Source: Octopus bimaculoides (lineage: Eukaryota). Taken from it: 64,000 nt of DNA. Numbering within the stretch: position 1 is the first letter of the stretch; each line of letters starts with the position of its first letter. Below the pieces are notes generated by a model that was not told the DNA's origin, did not search any database, and saw only the letters and a program-made list of their open reading frames with translations. This document shows positions 47,300-61,808 of this stretch, piece after piece. The translations under genes and the position numbers were made by a program. The stretch lies in contig NC_068988.1 of NCBI RefSeq assembly GCF_001194135.2, positions 12,772,153 to 12,836,152 on the forward strand, in the 5' to 3' direction.

Positions 47300-47950
47300 T
47301 CAGTTACTTTGCTGGCTTTCTTTCTCAGCAGAGATACACAGAACCAAGTCCAGGTTGGCTGCCACTCAAGAGACAGCTGTCACTTTTTTTTCTTTTTCCT
47401 TCTGTGGATAATTTGCCCGGCACCAACGGTCAAATTGCAAGGTTTTATTACTTTTTTTCTTTTTGTCTTCAAATTTTCTCATAATTGTTTTTTTTTCTTG
47501 TTAAAAATGGTGGCGTGTGCCTCTTGTTAAGTGAATAGACATTTAGAATTACACAGCAAAGCAGCTTACAAATGGCCAACTATCAATTTTATATCAAGTT
47601 TTTGGGTTTTTTTCTTTTTAAAAATTTATTTACATAAATGTCTTGCATTATATATATATGTGTGTATGTGTGTGTGTATATATCTATACACACATTTATA
47701 CATACAAATGTATATATACACATATATACATTTATATACACATACACATGCACACGCAGTCATTACTGACCATGTATGTGTGTATATATATATATATACA
47801 TACACACACATTATTTCCACCAGCTGTTTTTTTTTTTTTGCTCCCCCCAATTTTTTTTTTAAATTTTTTTTTTGCGCGCTAAATGTTATTCCTTGTGAAA
47901 GCGACCACGTGTCGCAAAGCCAGCAAAACACAGTTTACTCTTCTTCCCTA
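47300..47950 (-). promoter_or_regulatory. Candidate promoter/first exon of the TM-protein gene
   Basis: Local CpG enrichment (GCGCGC, CACGTGTCGC, GCCCGGC) in an otherwise CpG-poor background; minus-strand donor AAA|GTAACT at 47307. Confidence 0.35.
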
Positions 47951-50900
47951 GGACTGTCAACTTATTTCAATATATATATTTATATTTACAATATTATTGT
48001 GAACACCAATCAGTCAAACCATTTGGTCAAGTACTTCTGTTTCATTACTCCACTTAGCTTTTCCCTTTCTTTCTCCAAGTGTTTATTATTATTATTTATT
48101 ATTATTATTATTAACATCTGATTAGAACATGGCAAAAATTATGAGAAAGACACGCAACATACATACATACATACACATAAGTTTCTAAGCAGTTCTTGCT
48201 CCCCCATTTCATATTTATTTTTTCATTTTGTTTTTGTTTTTTGTTTCTTTTTTTGGCTTTTTATTAATGAAATAGACCCCAAAATAGTGTCTGCTAACTC
48301 AGCAATAGAAAATAAAATAAAATTAAAGGTTTAAAAAAAAAACAAACAATAAAACAATAGAGAGATAAAGAAGAGAGTGGGCAATTTAAAGCTTTTTTTT
48401 TTCAATATGTAAGTCGGTAAAAGGAGACATTTAATGGATAACAAAGAGAGCTACAGCAAATGAGACTGCCTTGTAAATTGTAGTAATGTAACTGACTAAA
48501 ACTGGTTAGAAATGGGGTTTTTTTTTTTTTTTTTTTACTGGGTGGGTAGGGTGNNNNNNNNNNNNNNNNNNNNNNNNNNNNNNNNNNNNNNNNNNNNNNN
48601 NNNNNNNNNNNNNNNNNNNNNNNNNNNNNNNNNNNNNNNNNNNNNNNNNNNNNNNNNNNNNNNNNNNNNNNNNNNNNNNNNNNNNNNNNNNNNNNNNNNN
48701 NNNNNNNNNNNNNNNNNNNNNNNNNNNNNNNNNNNNNNNNNNNNNNNNNNNNNNNNNNNNNNNNNNNNNNNNNNNNNNNNAACCATGTAACAAAGATTAT
48801 TTAAGACATTGATATAATATTGAATATTTTTTTTGAAAAAAAAAAAAAATGGTTTTAACTGCATACAAAATGTATTCAATGAGTAGCAGTCGACTATTTT
48901 CTCCAATTTTTAGGGTATATTTATTTTTGCCGTTTTGTATACACCTCCAAATGCCAATGAAGATATTAATTATAAAGTCATACCATTACTTTTATCACAG
49001 GAATTTTGTTTATTTTATGTAATTCTTTGTATGTTATTTTGTTTAAAAAGAAAAAAAAAAGAAAAAAAAGGAAAAAATCCATTTCCCTATCAATCCAATG
49101 ATTTCATTTCATATTTTCCAAATATTCTCCTTTCTCTTTAAAAATAAACTTTCTGAGATAAAGGGTAAGAATAGGGAATGGAACAAATTTAAAAAGGCCG
49201 GAGAGGGGAAATTTTAAGTGGACTGGAAACTGACAGTGATGAAGATATTGGCTACCTCCCACCCCCACTCTTTGTAGGCAATGCATTAGTCCTCTGCAAG
49301 GCATCTCCCAGTAAGTTTAAATAGGAGAGGTCAACATTCAACCAGCTAGACAATGTTTTAAGAGCACCAAATCTTCAAAAATGTTCATGTGGCAGGTAGT
49401 TCCTCTATTTGATACTTTTATTATTTCTTCAAGGAGAAAAAAAAATATACAAAGAGAAAAAGAAAAAAATATAATGAAACTTTAAAGATAAGAGCTTATC
49501 AAGGTATTTGATAGAAGACTAAAATATACCTACACACATCAAATGATTAATTTAAACATTTACATCCTAAGAATGTTTAAGAGTTTCAGAAATAGATTCA
49601 ATAAAAAGTATCTATAAAACAATAAATTCTACCTGTAATCTTTGGTTAAGTTGGACATCAGCAGTTATTATAGGCAATTTTTCTGTAGATATATTTTTCT
49701 TCTCTTTTTTTTAAAGTTTTTTTTTTCCTTGTTTTTTTATAAAATACTAAGCAAAGGTAGCAATATTAATAAAGGAACAATTCCAGTTTGTACTGTTTTA
49801 AAATATTTAACACCCTGCTTCCAAACACCGTCTACTTTTACAACTAAAGTGCATCATGCTATCCTTTCACACCAACACAGAAATTGGGTGAGGCCTTGAA
49901 TTAGAAATCTGATTTTCATCAAATAGATTGGTTTTGATATAAAAAGGGACTAACCATGTAGAAAATGAATTTAAAGTTACCAGTCACAAAGTTTTTTTAT
50001 GACTACTGAGACATGTAGATATAGACCTAGCATAAAAATAGAAAGATTAAGAGGAGATTTATAAATGAGTAGTAAGCCTTATTACCAAACACAGATTTGG
50101 GTAATCAGGTTTGAAGGTATTGGTAATTAATCAAATATTTTTTTACTTTTTGTTGCACAAAATAGAATTTAACTACCTTTTTACTCATATGGGAGATGAA
50201 TGAAATATAAAGGATATAAATCAATCAATTCATTTAAGAACCAGGTGAAGATGTGTGAGCTTCAAACATTGACTTAGAGAGAGAAAATAAAAGATAAAGC
50301 AAAATGAAATTAAAAAACAAAACACTTATTTGTTTCTTAGAATATCAAAAAAAAAAAAAAACCCTGCTGATAGAAACAGAATTAGCACAAAACATTGCCT
50401 ATGATAGATTAAATAAAGGAATTAATTTAAAGAAATAATAGTATAAGAAAGAGTAATAAAATTATTGCTTAGTTTGAGAAAATGGTTTTTACGTAGAAGT
50501 TATGACGTGAAAATATTAAAAATATGAGGGGTGGGTGGTGGAAAGAAAGAAATGTTGGCAAAGGGACAAAAGATTAAAATAAAAAGTAAATCATTTCAGA
50601 AAGGTTATATAAAATTTCTGAATGAATAGTTATTCAAAATTGCAACATACAAAGTAGGTAGATGTGAAAGGGATGGGGGAAGAAACCCAAAAGATGGGTA
50701 TTAAATAAATAAGCTTAAAGAAACACTAACGTTTAATAGATTTGAATAATAGAGAGATGGGGATAAATGCCAAATATCTAAATTTATATTAGTTGAAACT
50801 TCTAAAAACTGTTTCTGGATGTTAATGTAAGCATACACAGATATACAATTCACATAGATGCAAGTGCATGTACACTCATACACACAGACACAAAATTAAT

Positions 50901-51559
50901 TTTGTAGGTTGTTGCTTCTGAAGCATTATTGCCAACTTGAGAAAAGAAATATTTAGGTAATCCCTTTTATTCTAATAATTCTAATTTATAGAACCAGACA
51001 AAAATTTTTTATTCTTGAAAACAAACTGAATTTACTAACCTACATTTAAAATCCTAAACCAAATAAATTTCTTTTGAGTAGATGCAACAATTTCTGTTAT
51101 TGTCAACACACTGGTTTCAAACTGAAAATAATGTGGCATGAAACAATACTATTAAGCATGAATTTTAGTTTTTTTTATTATATATCTTTATATCTACCAT
51201 CTAGTAATAATAACTGTTTCATACACACACAGACAAGAAACCTGAGGGCTTCAAGAAATTGTAATATTCATGCTTTTCCAAGGATATTAGTTATATAAAG
51301 AGATGATCCTGACCAGTGTTCAAGACAAGACTGAGAAATATGGTACTGCTGTAATACCATTCAAGACTGGATTGACACACTGTGATATTGATACTATTAT
51401 AAGATTAACAATAAGAACTTTTGGCAGCAGCAACAAAGCTGACCCCAAAAAGGATGAAAAATAAATTGGATTTAATTAAGAATTTAAATACATATAAGTA
51501 AATTTTATCCCATGCTCTACCATTTCTGCTATTCCCCATCCTCAATACTAGCTTCAAAT

Positions 51560-51760
51560 TTTGACACAAGGCCAGCAATTTTGGAGTGAGAGTAAGTTGA
51601 TTACATCAATCCCAATGCTCAACTGGTACTTATTCTGTAGAACCCCAAAAATTGGAAGGCAAAATCAACCTCAACAGAATGCAAACTGAGAATGTGAAGA
51701 TGAACAAAATGCCACTAAGCACTATTCCCAGCGTGCTAACAATTCTGCCAGCTGGCTGTC
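51560..51760 (-). mobile_element. SINE family B copy
   Basis: Reverse-complement homology to 18478-18695. Confidence 0.75.
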
Positions 51761-54700
51761 TTAATCCTCAGTATTAATACAGATTTTCAGCATAGGCTCA
51801 AATTTGGGAGAGAGAAAGGCACTGTTGCCTCCAGTGGGATTTGAATTCAGAATGTAAGCAGTCAGAATAAAACACCACAAGGCACTGTGTTTAACACAAT
51901 ACCAATTCTCCTATCTACCCTTGATAATAGCAAGAAAGCAGACAGAAGCAGTGAAATGCTATGCTAGTTCAACATCTCAGAAGTTTCTTAGCAACAATTT
52001 TCCTAATTTGAAGATCAAATTCATAACATGTACAAGATATGACTGAACTGCATTGATTATCAACTGACTGGTTTGAGTCTCTTATTGCTTACAGAGTTCA
52101 AATCTTGCTCCCTGTTAAGGTACTGTCTTTATACCAGATCCATTACAGTTTTTGCTTCAGTCAACAAAACTACAAAATCAATTTTACCAATCTCACTTGA
52201 CAGACATCTAATGTTACACACATCCAACTTGTCCGACAATAAAAGATCGACATTCCCACCTCAAGACCTTTTAAAATTTGCAAATTCTTGACCTGTCATA
52301 AAATCCAATAAGATTTTATGATGTTTCTATTTTTTTATACTATTCTACTGTTGGCATACAGGAAACACTTTGAGAGCAAAGATTTTTTAATTAATCAGTA
52401 ATAATTTGTCCTGATGACTGGTTAATAAAAACTTCTATTAGACAGGCTGTGATTGGTTCTATGCTTGAAGGACTGAGGAAGCCTACAGCAGCATTTTGTT
52501 CATGTAAATCATATCATTTAACATGTTAATATTTACATAACTGTAGAAATGCACTTTAATCTCATAGCTATCAGGATACATACACTCATCCAGTTTTAAC
52601 ATATTGTGTAAACCACCCCCATCTTTTCAAGTAAAAAAAAAATCTCTGTGTTTGGTAATGAGTATACCAGCTGTTTAATCAACTGAAATGCTTACTCATC
52701 AACATTTAGTAGAAGTGGCTGGGTATACCATAGGCACTTGTACTCTTCAAGAAGTTCTCAGGCAGAATCAGCATGACTTTGTTTGACAAGGCTGGATCTT
52801 TGAAGTAGGTACAGTCCATTCAACAGGCTTCTGCACAGCTTCTGTCTACCCAATTTCAGTTACAAAGCTTGTGAACGAAAATGGGTAGACATAATAAAAG
52901 ACACTTACCCATGATGCAATACCTCTTGAATGTGAAACAAACTTCATAACCACTCAGTGATGCATGCATCCACACACACACACACTTTCATGTGTACATC
53001 TAGAGAGAATGAGAGAGAGAGAGGTTTACACCATGCATAGAAGTGAAGATTTCGTTTAATCAGAGCAATCAGAACCAGACAGAAATAAAATTGAGGAGTG
53101 TGGAATTTTATTTCTTTAAATAAATATTTGGTTTTCTATGGAAAACCTAAATGTATAAATGGAGAAGACAGATGACATAACTAACTGTTAATGCACTCTG
53201 AAATGTTTTCCATGTAAATTACAACTTCTTTTTATCCTATTTTCTATCACTGTGCTAACTGAGCATCATTTTAATAATTTAGTATAAGTGGTGTTCCTTA
53301 ATATATCATGTCTGATTGAGTACGAGGTAACGATCCTAATACTGGCTAATATCTTACATGCCTTATATGGCAGTAACTTGTTTTGTAACCCTGGTGATGT
53401 CAATCCATTTCAGTTGGAATATAGTTCTGAGATTCAGAAATTTCCAAATTGTTTCTACTATAATATTCCACAAACTTGAACTCATTATCAAATTGCATTT
53501 AAAAAGTGTCACAAAGAAGGAAATCTTTCATGGAGAAAGATTACTTCTATTATTATTATTTTTATTCCAGTGTTTCCTATTAAATAGTGATATTAAACTA
53601 AAACTAGTGATGGATTTGTTATGAAGAACAAGATGGGTTTTTGTATTAAAAACCCTGATGAGTAGATCTTTACACGCAAACAAATTTTAGACAAAGCCGA
53701 CTCATTTATATTGAACTAAACTGACTTCAGAGTGCATTCACTGCTAATCATACTCAAATATATTAACTTTCGAGTTTCAATTTATTTTGAAAATAATCGA
53801 GAGTCTGAAATAGTTTAATAAAATAATTTTGGTTTTATTAATCTTGTATCTGAAGAACTTAAAAAATCCTTACATAAATCTATTATGAGAGGTTTTGATA
53901 TAAATATGAACGCTTAAAATAAGAGATTTTGCATTATAGAACCAGAAGCAGTCTCAGGTGGATTAATATCAAAAAGAGTTGAGCTATCTTATGACAAGAA
54001 ACGCTGTTCTACTACTAAGAGTGATAAGAGATTCACTAAAGTTTTGAAAATTGCATTTGATATTTCTCAAGTGTATGTAATATATTTTTAACGGACTTAT
54101 CACTGACTAAACTGATTACATTGACTTAGATTTCCTTAATATTAGCTGAAATAGGCATAAATGCAGAAATTAGAAATTATGCAAGATTATCAAAATGTAT
54201 TTACAGATATAACTAATTTGTCAAAACTATCATCCATTTATTTAAGCAGTAAGCTTGCAGACAACAGTGACTTAAATATTAACATTCAAGGAAAACTTTA
54301 CTGCAAGCAACAGAAAATGTAGAAATCCAACTTCAGGATTTAAATTTAATAATTACTACCCACAGGTCTTCATCATCATGTTTATCTGAAAACAGATGTT
54401 AAAGGATGATGATGAAGACCTGTGAGTAGTACCATGTGAATAAAAGTAAAAAAAAAAAAAAGTAAACAGCAACTAAAACCTTCTTCCATCTTGGGTGCTA
54501 AAGAGAATTAATGATTTTGATCTTAATGACACTGAAGTTTTGTGTAGAAGTTAAATTGGTAACCTGCAGCCTAAAATCATTATTGCATGATTTGAAAGTC
54601 AAAAGCAAAAATAAATGTATACATGAAATACTGGGTGATCAGCTTAATCTGGATAAAATGAGTTACAATAATTAACTCCTTTTATCAACCATTAGGGTCT

Positions 54701-55392
54701 GTACCTAAACATCATCCATAAAACCACAGATGTACTGATGGCAGTTGATATGAAGGGGTTGCTGTATGTGACATTTGTTCTTGAATGAAAACCCAGTGGA
54801 GTTAATATAACTCATTTTAAGTATTTAGGAGTAGGGCATTCACAATCTGTTGTAATTAGTGGGGTTGGACATAGATTTTACTGCCTTTGATACAATCAAC
54901 ACAAGACAGCAACAATTCATGCTGTTTGTAGTAGGGCTTTAGAACAAAACTGCTGATAGATTTGAAAAGTAAATTACAATAGTACAATTTACAGTTTAAT
55001 TTGACATACATAATTCTGAAAAAAGAAAATCAGTATATTTCCCATTTAAAATAACTTAAAAATAGCTCAACTGAATTAGCAAGGGAAGTAATCACAACAT
55101 TTCAACATGAACAGCTGCTTCCATAGCAAAAACACTGAGACAAAAGAATTAACTTCTGATTATTCACTTTCAGTAGTAATATTAGTCAATATTTATATAT
55201 TGGGAAATAGCAAGCTGGTGCATAACATTTTAAACCATTAACATTGAAATGGTACAGAATCAAATTTTAGATTAACAACCAAATCATTGAGTAAGATTTT
55301 ATGATGGCGTTTTTTGGGGGGAAATACATGTCAATTTATATATTTGAACTCATATTCCACTTGGAAGAAGAAATGATAACAAAAGAAAAATC

Positions 55393-55752
55393 TAGAACAA
55401 CAACACAATTCTTGTGCTTCATTTTAAAGTTTTATTGATGTCATAGAAAGAAACGAGAAGAGAGTTAAGAGAGATTTGAGCATACAATAGTTTTTGAATA
55501 GAAAATGAAAGAGAAAGGCAGAATTGCATTAGAAAACTTAAACTATCTCTGAACAGGACCAAATAACCATGAACAGAATAACACAATTCCTGTACTTCAT
55601 TTCTTGAAGTTTCATAGAGGTCATAGAGAGAAGAAGATAGTCTAGAGGGGTTTGGAGCATACAATAGTTTGCAATGGAGAATGGAAGAGGATGGCAGAAC
55701 TGAATTAGAAAACTGAAACTAACCCTGAACAGGACCAAATAACCATGAACAG
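55393..55752. repeat. Diverged ~180-bp tandem duplication
   Basis: Shared CTGAACAGGACCAAATAACCATGAACAGA, GAGCATACAATAGTTT and ACACAATTC(C/T)TGT(A/G)CTTCATTT blocks. Confidence 0.85.
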
Positions 55753-55791
55753 AGGAACGTCTTTAGTAATTTAAACAAAATGACTCTTGAA

Positions 55792-55869
<78 letters not shown>

Positions 55870-56749
55870 GAAAGAGAGAGAGATTAACCTACATTGTTGC
55901 ATACTCTTTCCTAATTTTTTTTTAATTTTGAAAATGTAATCAATACAGCCTTATTTAGCTTTGATTAAATCTGCTAAATTTAGGCTTTAGTTTCGAAGAG
56001 GTTTAAGGTAATCAAGAGAAAAAGCATACTCAAAATAAATCAATTTCTCTTTAAGATACTTAAAATAGATCACCACATCTTACAACCTCAAACAAATTCG
56101 ATAGGAAAAGTTACAAAGGATACCTACTAAATTCTTAAAATAGTTGTAAACTAAATAAAAATAATTTTTGAAAGATTTCAGAATTTTAAGTATATATGTG
56201 TGTTCTTTATTAAAATCCATTCATAAAATAACTAATTTGTTGACCACAACCTGTATATTAATTAGCAACTGGAATTTTCCTGGCCATTTATTATTTTTTT
56301 TAATTCATTTTTGAAGACTTGGTAAGAAGGCCACTTATGCCATGCATTATCAACTAAACATAAAAGAATGTCAACAAAATAGTTTTACTGAAATGGCAGC
56401 TTTTGATGTAGATTTAAGTAAAATTGTGAAGAGTCAACATAAATATCTCAAATCTTAACTGACTGATAACAGAAAACACAAAGCTTTACTCATTAATAAT
56501 TTAGTGTTTGTTTAATGTAACATACTTTTTAAAGAAATATATAAATACGTAACTGAGAATTTGGCCACAAGCAACACCATGAAAAACAAGTTTAATTATA
56601 GCGTTAAAAGAAACCATTTACTCTAACTCACTGTGTATTGCATCAACAAAATAGAACATTTTGATGTAGTTTAAAGAAATCTGATGCCAAATTCTATAAA
56701 GTACTTAGATGAAGATGGTGATGGAAGAGGGTGGTGGTGGTGGTGATAA

Positions 56750-56955
56750 TAATCCTTTCTACTATTGGCACAAGGCCTGAAATTTGGGAGGAGGGGAATA
56801 GTTGAATACATCAACCCCCAGTATTTCACTGGTACTTAATTTATCAACCCCGAAAGGATGAAAGGCAAAGTTGATCTCAGAACGTAGCGACAGACGAAAT
56901 ACCACGAAGCATTTCACCCAGCACGCTAACAATTCTGCCAGCTCACCGCCCTTGG
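56750..56955 (-). mobile_element. SINE family B copy
   Basis: Reverse-complement homology to 18478-18695. Confidence 0.8.
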
Positions 56956-57844
56956 CGATAATAATAATAATAGATTGTAGCAGCTGAACAGAAGTTTCTC
57001 AAGCTTCACAATCTGACATCTTTCAAGGACAAGAGCAACATAAGTATCTTTCTTAGTAAATTAATCAAACCAAAATTAACAAATGAACCAATCTTGCCAA
57101 ACAGAAGTAGCTTTAACCTTTAATTCTAGAATAAGAGGCATTACCACTAACTACAACTTAAAAAATTATTTAGTCAAAAGTTCTCTAAAGATTACTAGTA
57201 TATATATGTATACAATTCAAATGATATACAAGTGATACTAGCATAAAAAAGACAAACTTTAACAAAAACAGATCAAAAGGAGAAAAACGCAAGAATTACA
57301 AGAACAAGTATTTCAATGAAAGATATTCTGAGTAATCTTCAGCAATAAAAGATAGGAAATGAATATGGAATTACACACAGTTTACCTAAAAAAAAATAAT
57401 CCTAAAATAAAATTCTTAAAATAAATAAAATTCTCAAATGAATTTCTATAAAGTACTTAAATAAAGATCATCTACCAAATTAAAACAATATGGTTGTAAG
57501 CAAGAACCTCCAGAAACCTAACAGAACACATTAACAGCAGTTTCTGTCATCTGTCTATCTGAGTCCTGTACTTGAGACCACCAAAGACAGTGGTGCAGTC
57601 TCCATTCATTATTATGTAATAAAATAATTTATAGCAGATAGGTGTCAGCCTAAAGGAAAAGAAGGGCAATTAGAAATAAACACAGACAAGAACTTCTTTC
57701 ACCTTCTCTATTATTTCCCAACAGTTGACTTACTACATTGTTATCCTGCCAGCTGACATTTTAAGCCTTCACATTATAGTAATACATGCACATACACTCA
57801 TTATCATCATGCACATAAAACTGTAATAATGGTATTGCTTACTC

Positions 57845-57896
<52 letters not shown>

Positions 57897-58509
57897 CATA
57901 TACACACACAAACATATATATATATATATATACATACATACATGTATGTATATATGGTTTTAAATGCAAAGAAACATACAAGCTAGTTTGTTTTTTTTTT
58001 TCTTTACGTTTACCTTACTGCAACACTTCTATAAGAAGGTTACAGAAATATTTTAAAAGCAAGTAAATTGGTTTGTGGGGGAGAGAGAAAGATTTAGCTA
58101 CTACTGAGAGGGAAATGGGAGGAATAGTTGGGTAAAAATAGGAGGTGGTGGTGGTGGTGGTGGTGGTAGGGAGGAGGTTGGTTGAGAAATAGAAATTATT
58201 CAAGATAAATGGACATTTGGAAGGTAGGAAAATGATTCCAGTTTCACTAACAGTGGCTTAAGGGCCACTGGTTACAATGATGATAATAATGAAGATGATG
58301 ACGATGATGATGGTGATGATGATGATGAAGTGTACAAAGTAAGCTTACAGCCAGAATGCATCTTGCAAGAGTCTCACTTCCAATAACTGACAGATTTCAG
58401 AAGACAAAGTCAAACTCGTGTAGTTTTTGATTTGATGAGAAATTGAATGCTCATGAAATACAGGCACACAATGAAAGACAAGTACAACCAAAAGCCTGTT
58501 CCCACTTGG

Positions 58510-61500
58510 CTAATCTGAGGACAAATAGGAGGGAGGCTGACTTTTTAAGTTCTCTAATTCTTTTATCTGTTGTGCTAAAAACAAAATCCTGAAATGAAAG
58601 AAAACAAAAATGATAAATAACACATGTCAAATTCCAAGGAACATATAAAGCTTATATTGAAATTTAAAAATTCAGCTATTAAGACATCAAGGCTATCGAC
58701 CTAGAATCCGAGAGAAATTTTACCACCAGCATTATGTTCTGTTTACCAAGACTATTTTAATGGACATGTTGGACAACACCATAATGGTTATTCTAGAGTT
58801 ATACACATAATATGACCAGTAAGTTTGGAAGTATATTTTTACCACCATGGGGAAAGATGGCATACATGCACTTATTATAATTGGACTTTTACAACATTTC
58901 TTGATGCTTATACAAAACGATGAAATGTATTCTAATTCTCAAAAGAAAATTACTTGAAAATAAAATTCAATAAAACAAATTTCTCATTTGTATTATTTGC
59001 AATTCTACTCCATTGAGTATCTTGGATAGGCTTTCATGCTTTTTATTTTCTTATGGTTGCTAAGAAAACTAGGTTTAGTTAAATGAATGGATTGCGAGAG
59101 CTGTACATCCCATGTACAGAGATACTCTTGGCAAGGAAATAGCTGACAAGTTTAGCGAGGAATTTAGTATGGAAGTAGATAACCAACTTACGAATCATTA
59201 AAATTTCAAGGTTATTTTGCAAGTTTTAGTGTTGCAAAGAATATAGCTTGCAAAGGATGTAAATAGGTAAAGTGTTAACTAAATGTACAAGCACAAACTT
59301 CCTTTCCATAAAATACCAGGACAGGTAATCATTAATATATAAGAGTTCATTTTACAAACAACCAAATATATAAGATCCACCCAACAATTCATGCTCTTAA
59401 AATACATTTAAAGAAAAGCAAATTTTTTTTTTTTAAAGATACAATTTAGAAACACTGAGAAGTATTTCTAAATATTTCCCATATATCCAGGTTAGTTGTG
59501 CAGCAAAAAAGATATTAGATAAATTATAAACAATTTACCTTTGTTCATGTAGAGTGGACTGTATTTCAGCTATCCTAACTAATGATCTAGCTCGTTTTAA
59601 TTCAACTGACACTTGGCTACATTCCAGGCTGCCAACCGTTAGACCTTCTTCCCAATAGCGTTTGGCCTGCAACAAAATATGATTACTCCATTATTAAATG
59701 GTCTACTTGTTCATGCACATACACAGCAAATGTAAAAAAAACTATCTATACAATATATTAGCAACTTTACTTAAATTGAAACCATGTCTTTCTTTGTGAG
59801 TCAAAAGCACTAGACCACTTTGTTACTCTAAATTATTGATAGACATTTTACAGCAATTATTACAATTTCAATTTATTCTAGTCACTACAACAATGGATAA
59901 AAGCTATGTACAGTTGAAGCATCAGAAAAAGAAAAAAAAATCAATGTAGATTTAACCTTTTAGCATTTAAACTGGCCATATCCAGCCTCTCACACCCACC
60001 CTACCATGCCGTTCTAAAAGTAAGCAAGCCCATCATTAAAATCTCAAAGCTATGAAATAATGCATCATTAATTTAAAACAATGATTAAATAAGCATTATG
60101 TTTGACAGGGAAATCTGAATGCTAAAAGGTTAACTAACATAATGACATTTAAGCAGCAATCAGTATTTGAATAATATAAAATGTTAAGCAGAATTGCTCT
60201 AGATAACATACCTGTCTCTCTGCATGTTCTGTCTGCCAGCCTTGTACATGACCAATTAATTTGTCATTACAGTAATTGCTAAGTGAAGGTGGGAGTTCTA
60301 CTGACAAGTCTTTCTTTTCAGAAACAGCTGAGAGTGCACTTGGTCCTACAGGTAGCTCTTTTGAACTGCTGGTACTTGGAGTAGGACTTCTGTTAAAATA
60401 AATGCAATAAAAGTAAGAACTTCCAGGCATAGTTCTTCATTAAAGTCTTAAAAGTACTATATTTACACATTATAAGTTTCACACTTATTAAGAAAATTAC
60501 AAAATTCTTGGATGATAAAAATGGTGGAATACTGACTCAGTTTTCTCACTTCTTTCTGACCGTGGACTTTCCTTCCCCGATTCTTCTTCATGTGGTGGTG
60601 GATTCACATTCACTGGAGGGAGATGTGAGCTATCTGTACTCAGTGTTGGTGATTTCAGAGACTGTTGAGGTGAGGTATCAGCATGAGGAATTACTATTTT
60701 GGGAGATAAAACTGCTGAAGAAAATTGGAAAAATACATATCAATAACACTGCTTCAGTTATATTATCGAAAAAATATATTATTTTCAGGAACTTTTTTAC
60801 AACAAAGACTATCTAAGCCAATAACCTGCTTCATACGATATCCACAATATCGTTGTCCAGAGCAAAACTCGTCTGTCTTTACATTCTGAGTTCAAACTCT
60901 ACTGAGATCGACCTTACCTTTCATCCTTTCGGGGTCAATAAAATACATACTAGCACACACACACACCTTTCAATTTCTGTGTACCAAATTTATTGACCTA
61001 GGGTTATAATAGATGACACATGCTCAAGGTGCCACACAGTGGGACAGAACTTAAAACCATGTGATTGGGAAGCAAAATCCTAACCATACATCTACACCTC
61101 TGCCTATTCATTAGCATATTATCATTTTTGGTTCACCTTTCTTTCAGTACAAAAGGATTATGCCTTTCATCTCTCCAGAGTTGATTTCTTTAGTTTACCT
61201 TCTGGCAACAATGCCAGTGACAACATTGGCACCAAGTTCTATCTGCCTTGTTTTTCCCTTGGACATCAATGACATGGAGGGGAGAAGTTTGCATGCATTG
61301 GCCACTGCCAATCTTTCTCTATGTCTCTCATTTTATCTTAGTAATATTTTGCAAAACTCGTCACTTTTTTTACAAGTTAAAACAATTTACCCAGTCCTAA
61401 ATGTTTGATGTTCAAAACATGAAAACCTCCTCACAATCTTAACATTATATACACCAAATTGGATTTTACACAGGTAAAGTTCAAAGATGACTTTCAAGAT

Positions 61501-61808
61501 AGCTTTTAGCTTTGCTCAGGATTTATTATAATGCATTATAACAAATTTAGCGAAACCCTTTTTTCCATATATTACTTGATACATGTCACACTTGAATATA
61601 TTTATATATAAATATATGGATATAAAAAGTATTCAAATGTTTTGCAAATTCTAAGAGTTATTTCCCTTGGAATAACATCTCATACGTTCCCAACTCTGAA
61701 GACTGATTTTTAAGATTACCAGTGAAAAAATATACTTACTGGTATGCTGTGTACTCATGGACAGCTGCCTAGATATGGCCTCTTGTAATTTCTGTAAAGT
61801 TTGTAATG
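58510..61808 (-). CDS. WAC: WW domain-containing adapter protein with coiled-coil, 3' five coding exons (5' part outside the window)
   Basis: Minus-strand exons 61808-61740, 60714-60561, 60389-60212, 59666-59539 and 58588-58510 with compatible phases. C-terminus [84 protein letters not shown] matches recalled human WAC LIKHVQGWPADHAEKQ...[37 protein letters not shown]. The donor at 60560 (GTCAGA) is the least certain boundary. Confidence 0.93.

Noticed and set aside
53650-53700. Additional CTGATGA motif
   Set aside because: No properly spaced GAAA, stem III or NUH could be built; insufficient for a hammerhead call.
54354-54431. SECIS element interpretation of the hairpin
   Set aside because: No AUGA/GA non-Watson-Crick quartet in the correct geometry on the WAC-sense strand, and WAC has no in-frame UGA in the visible exons.
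61160-61408. ORF or exon-like segment inside a WAC intron (minus donor AG|GTAAAC at 61198)
   Set aside because: No acceptor and frame combination is compatible with the phase-1 flanking WAC exons, which join cleanly without it.
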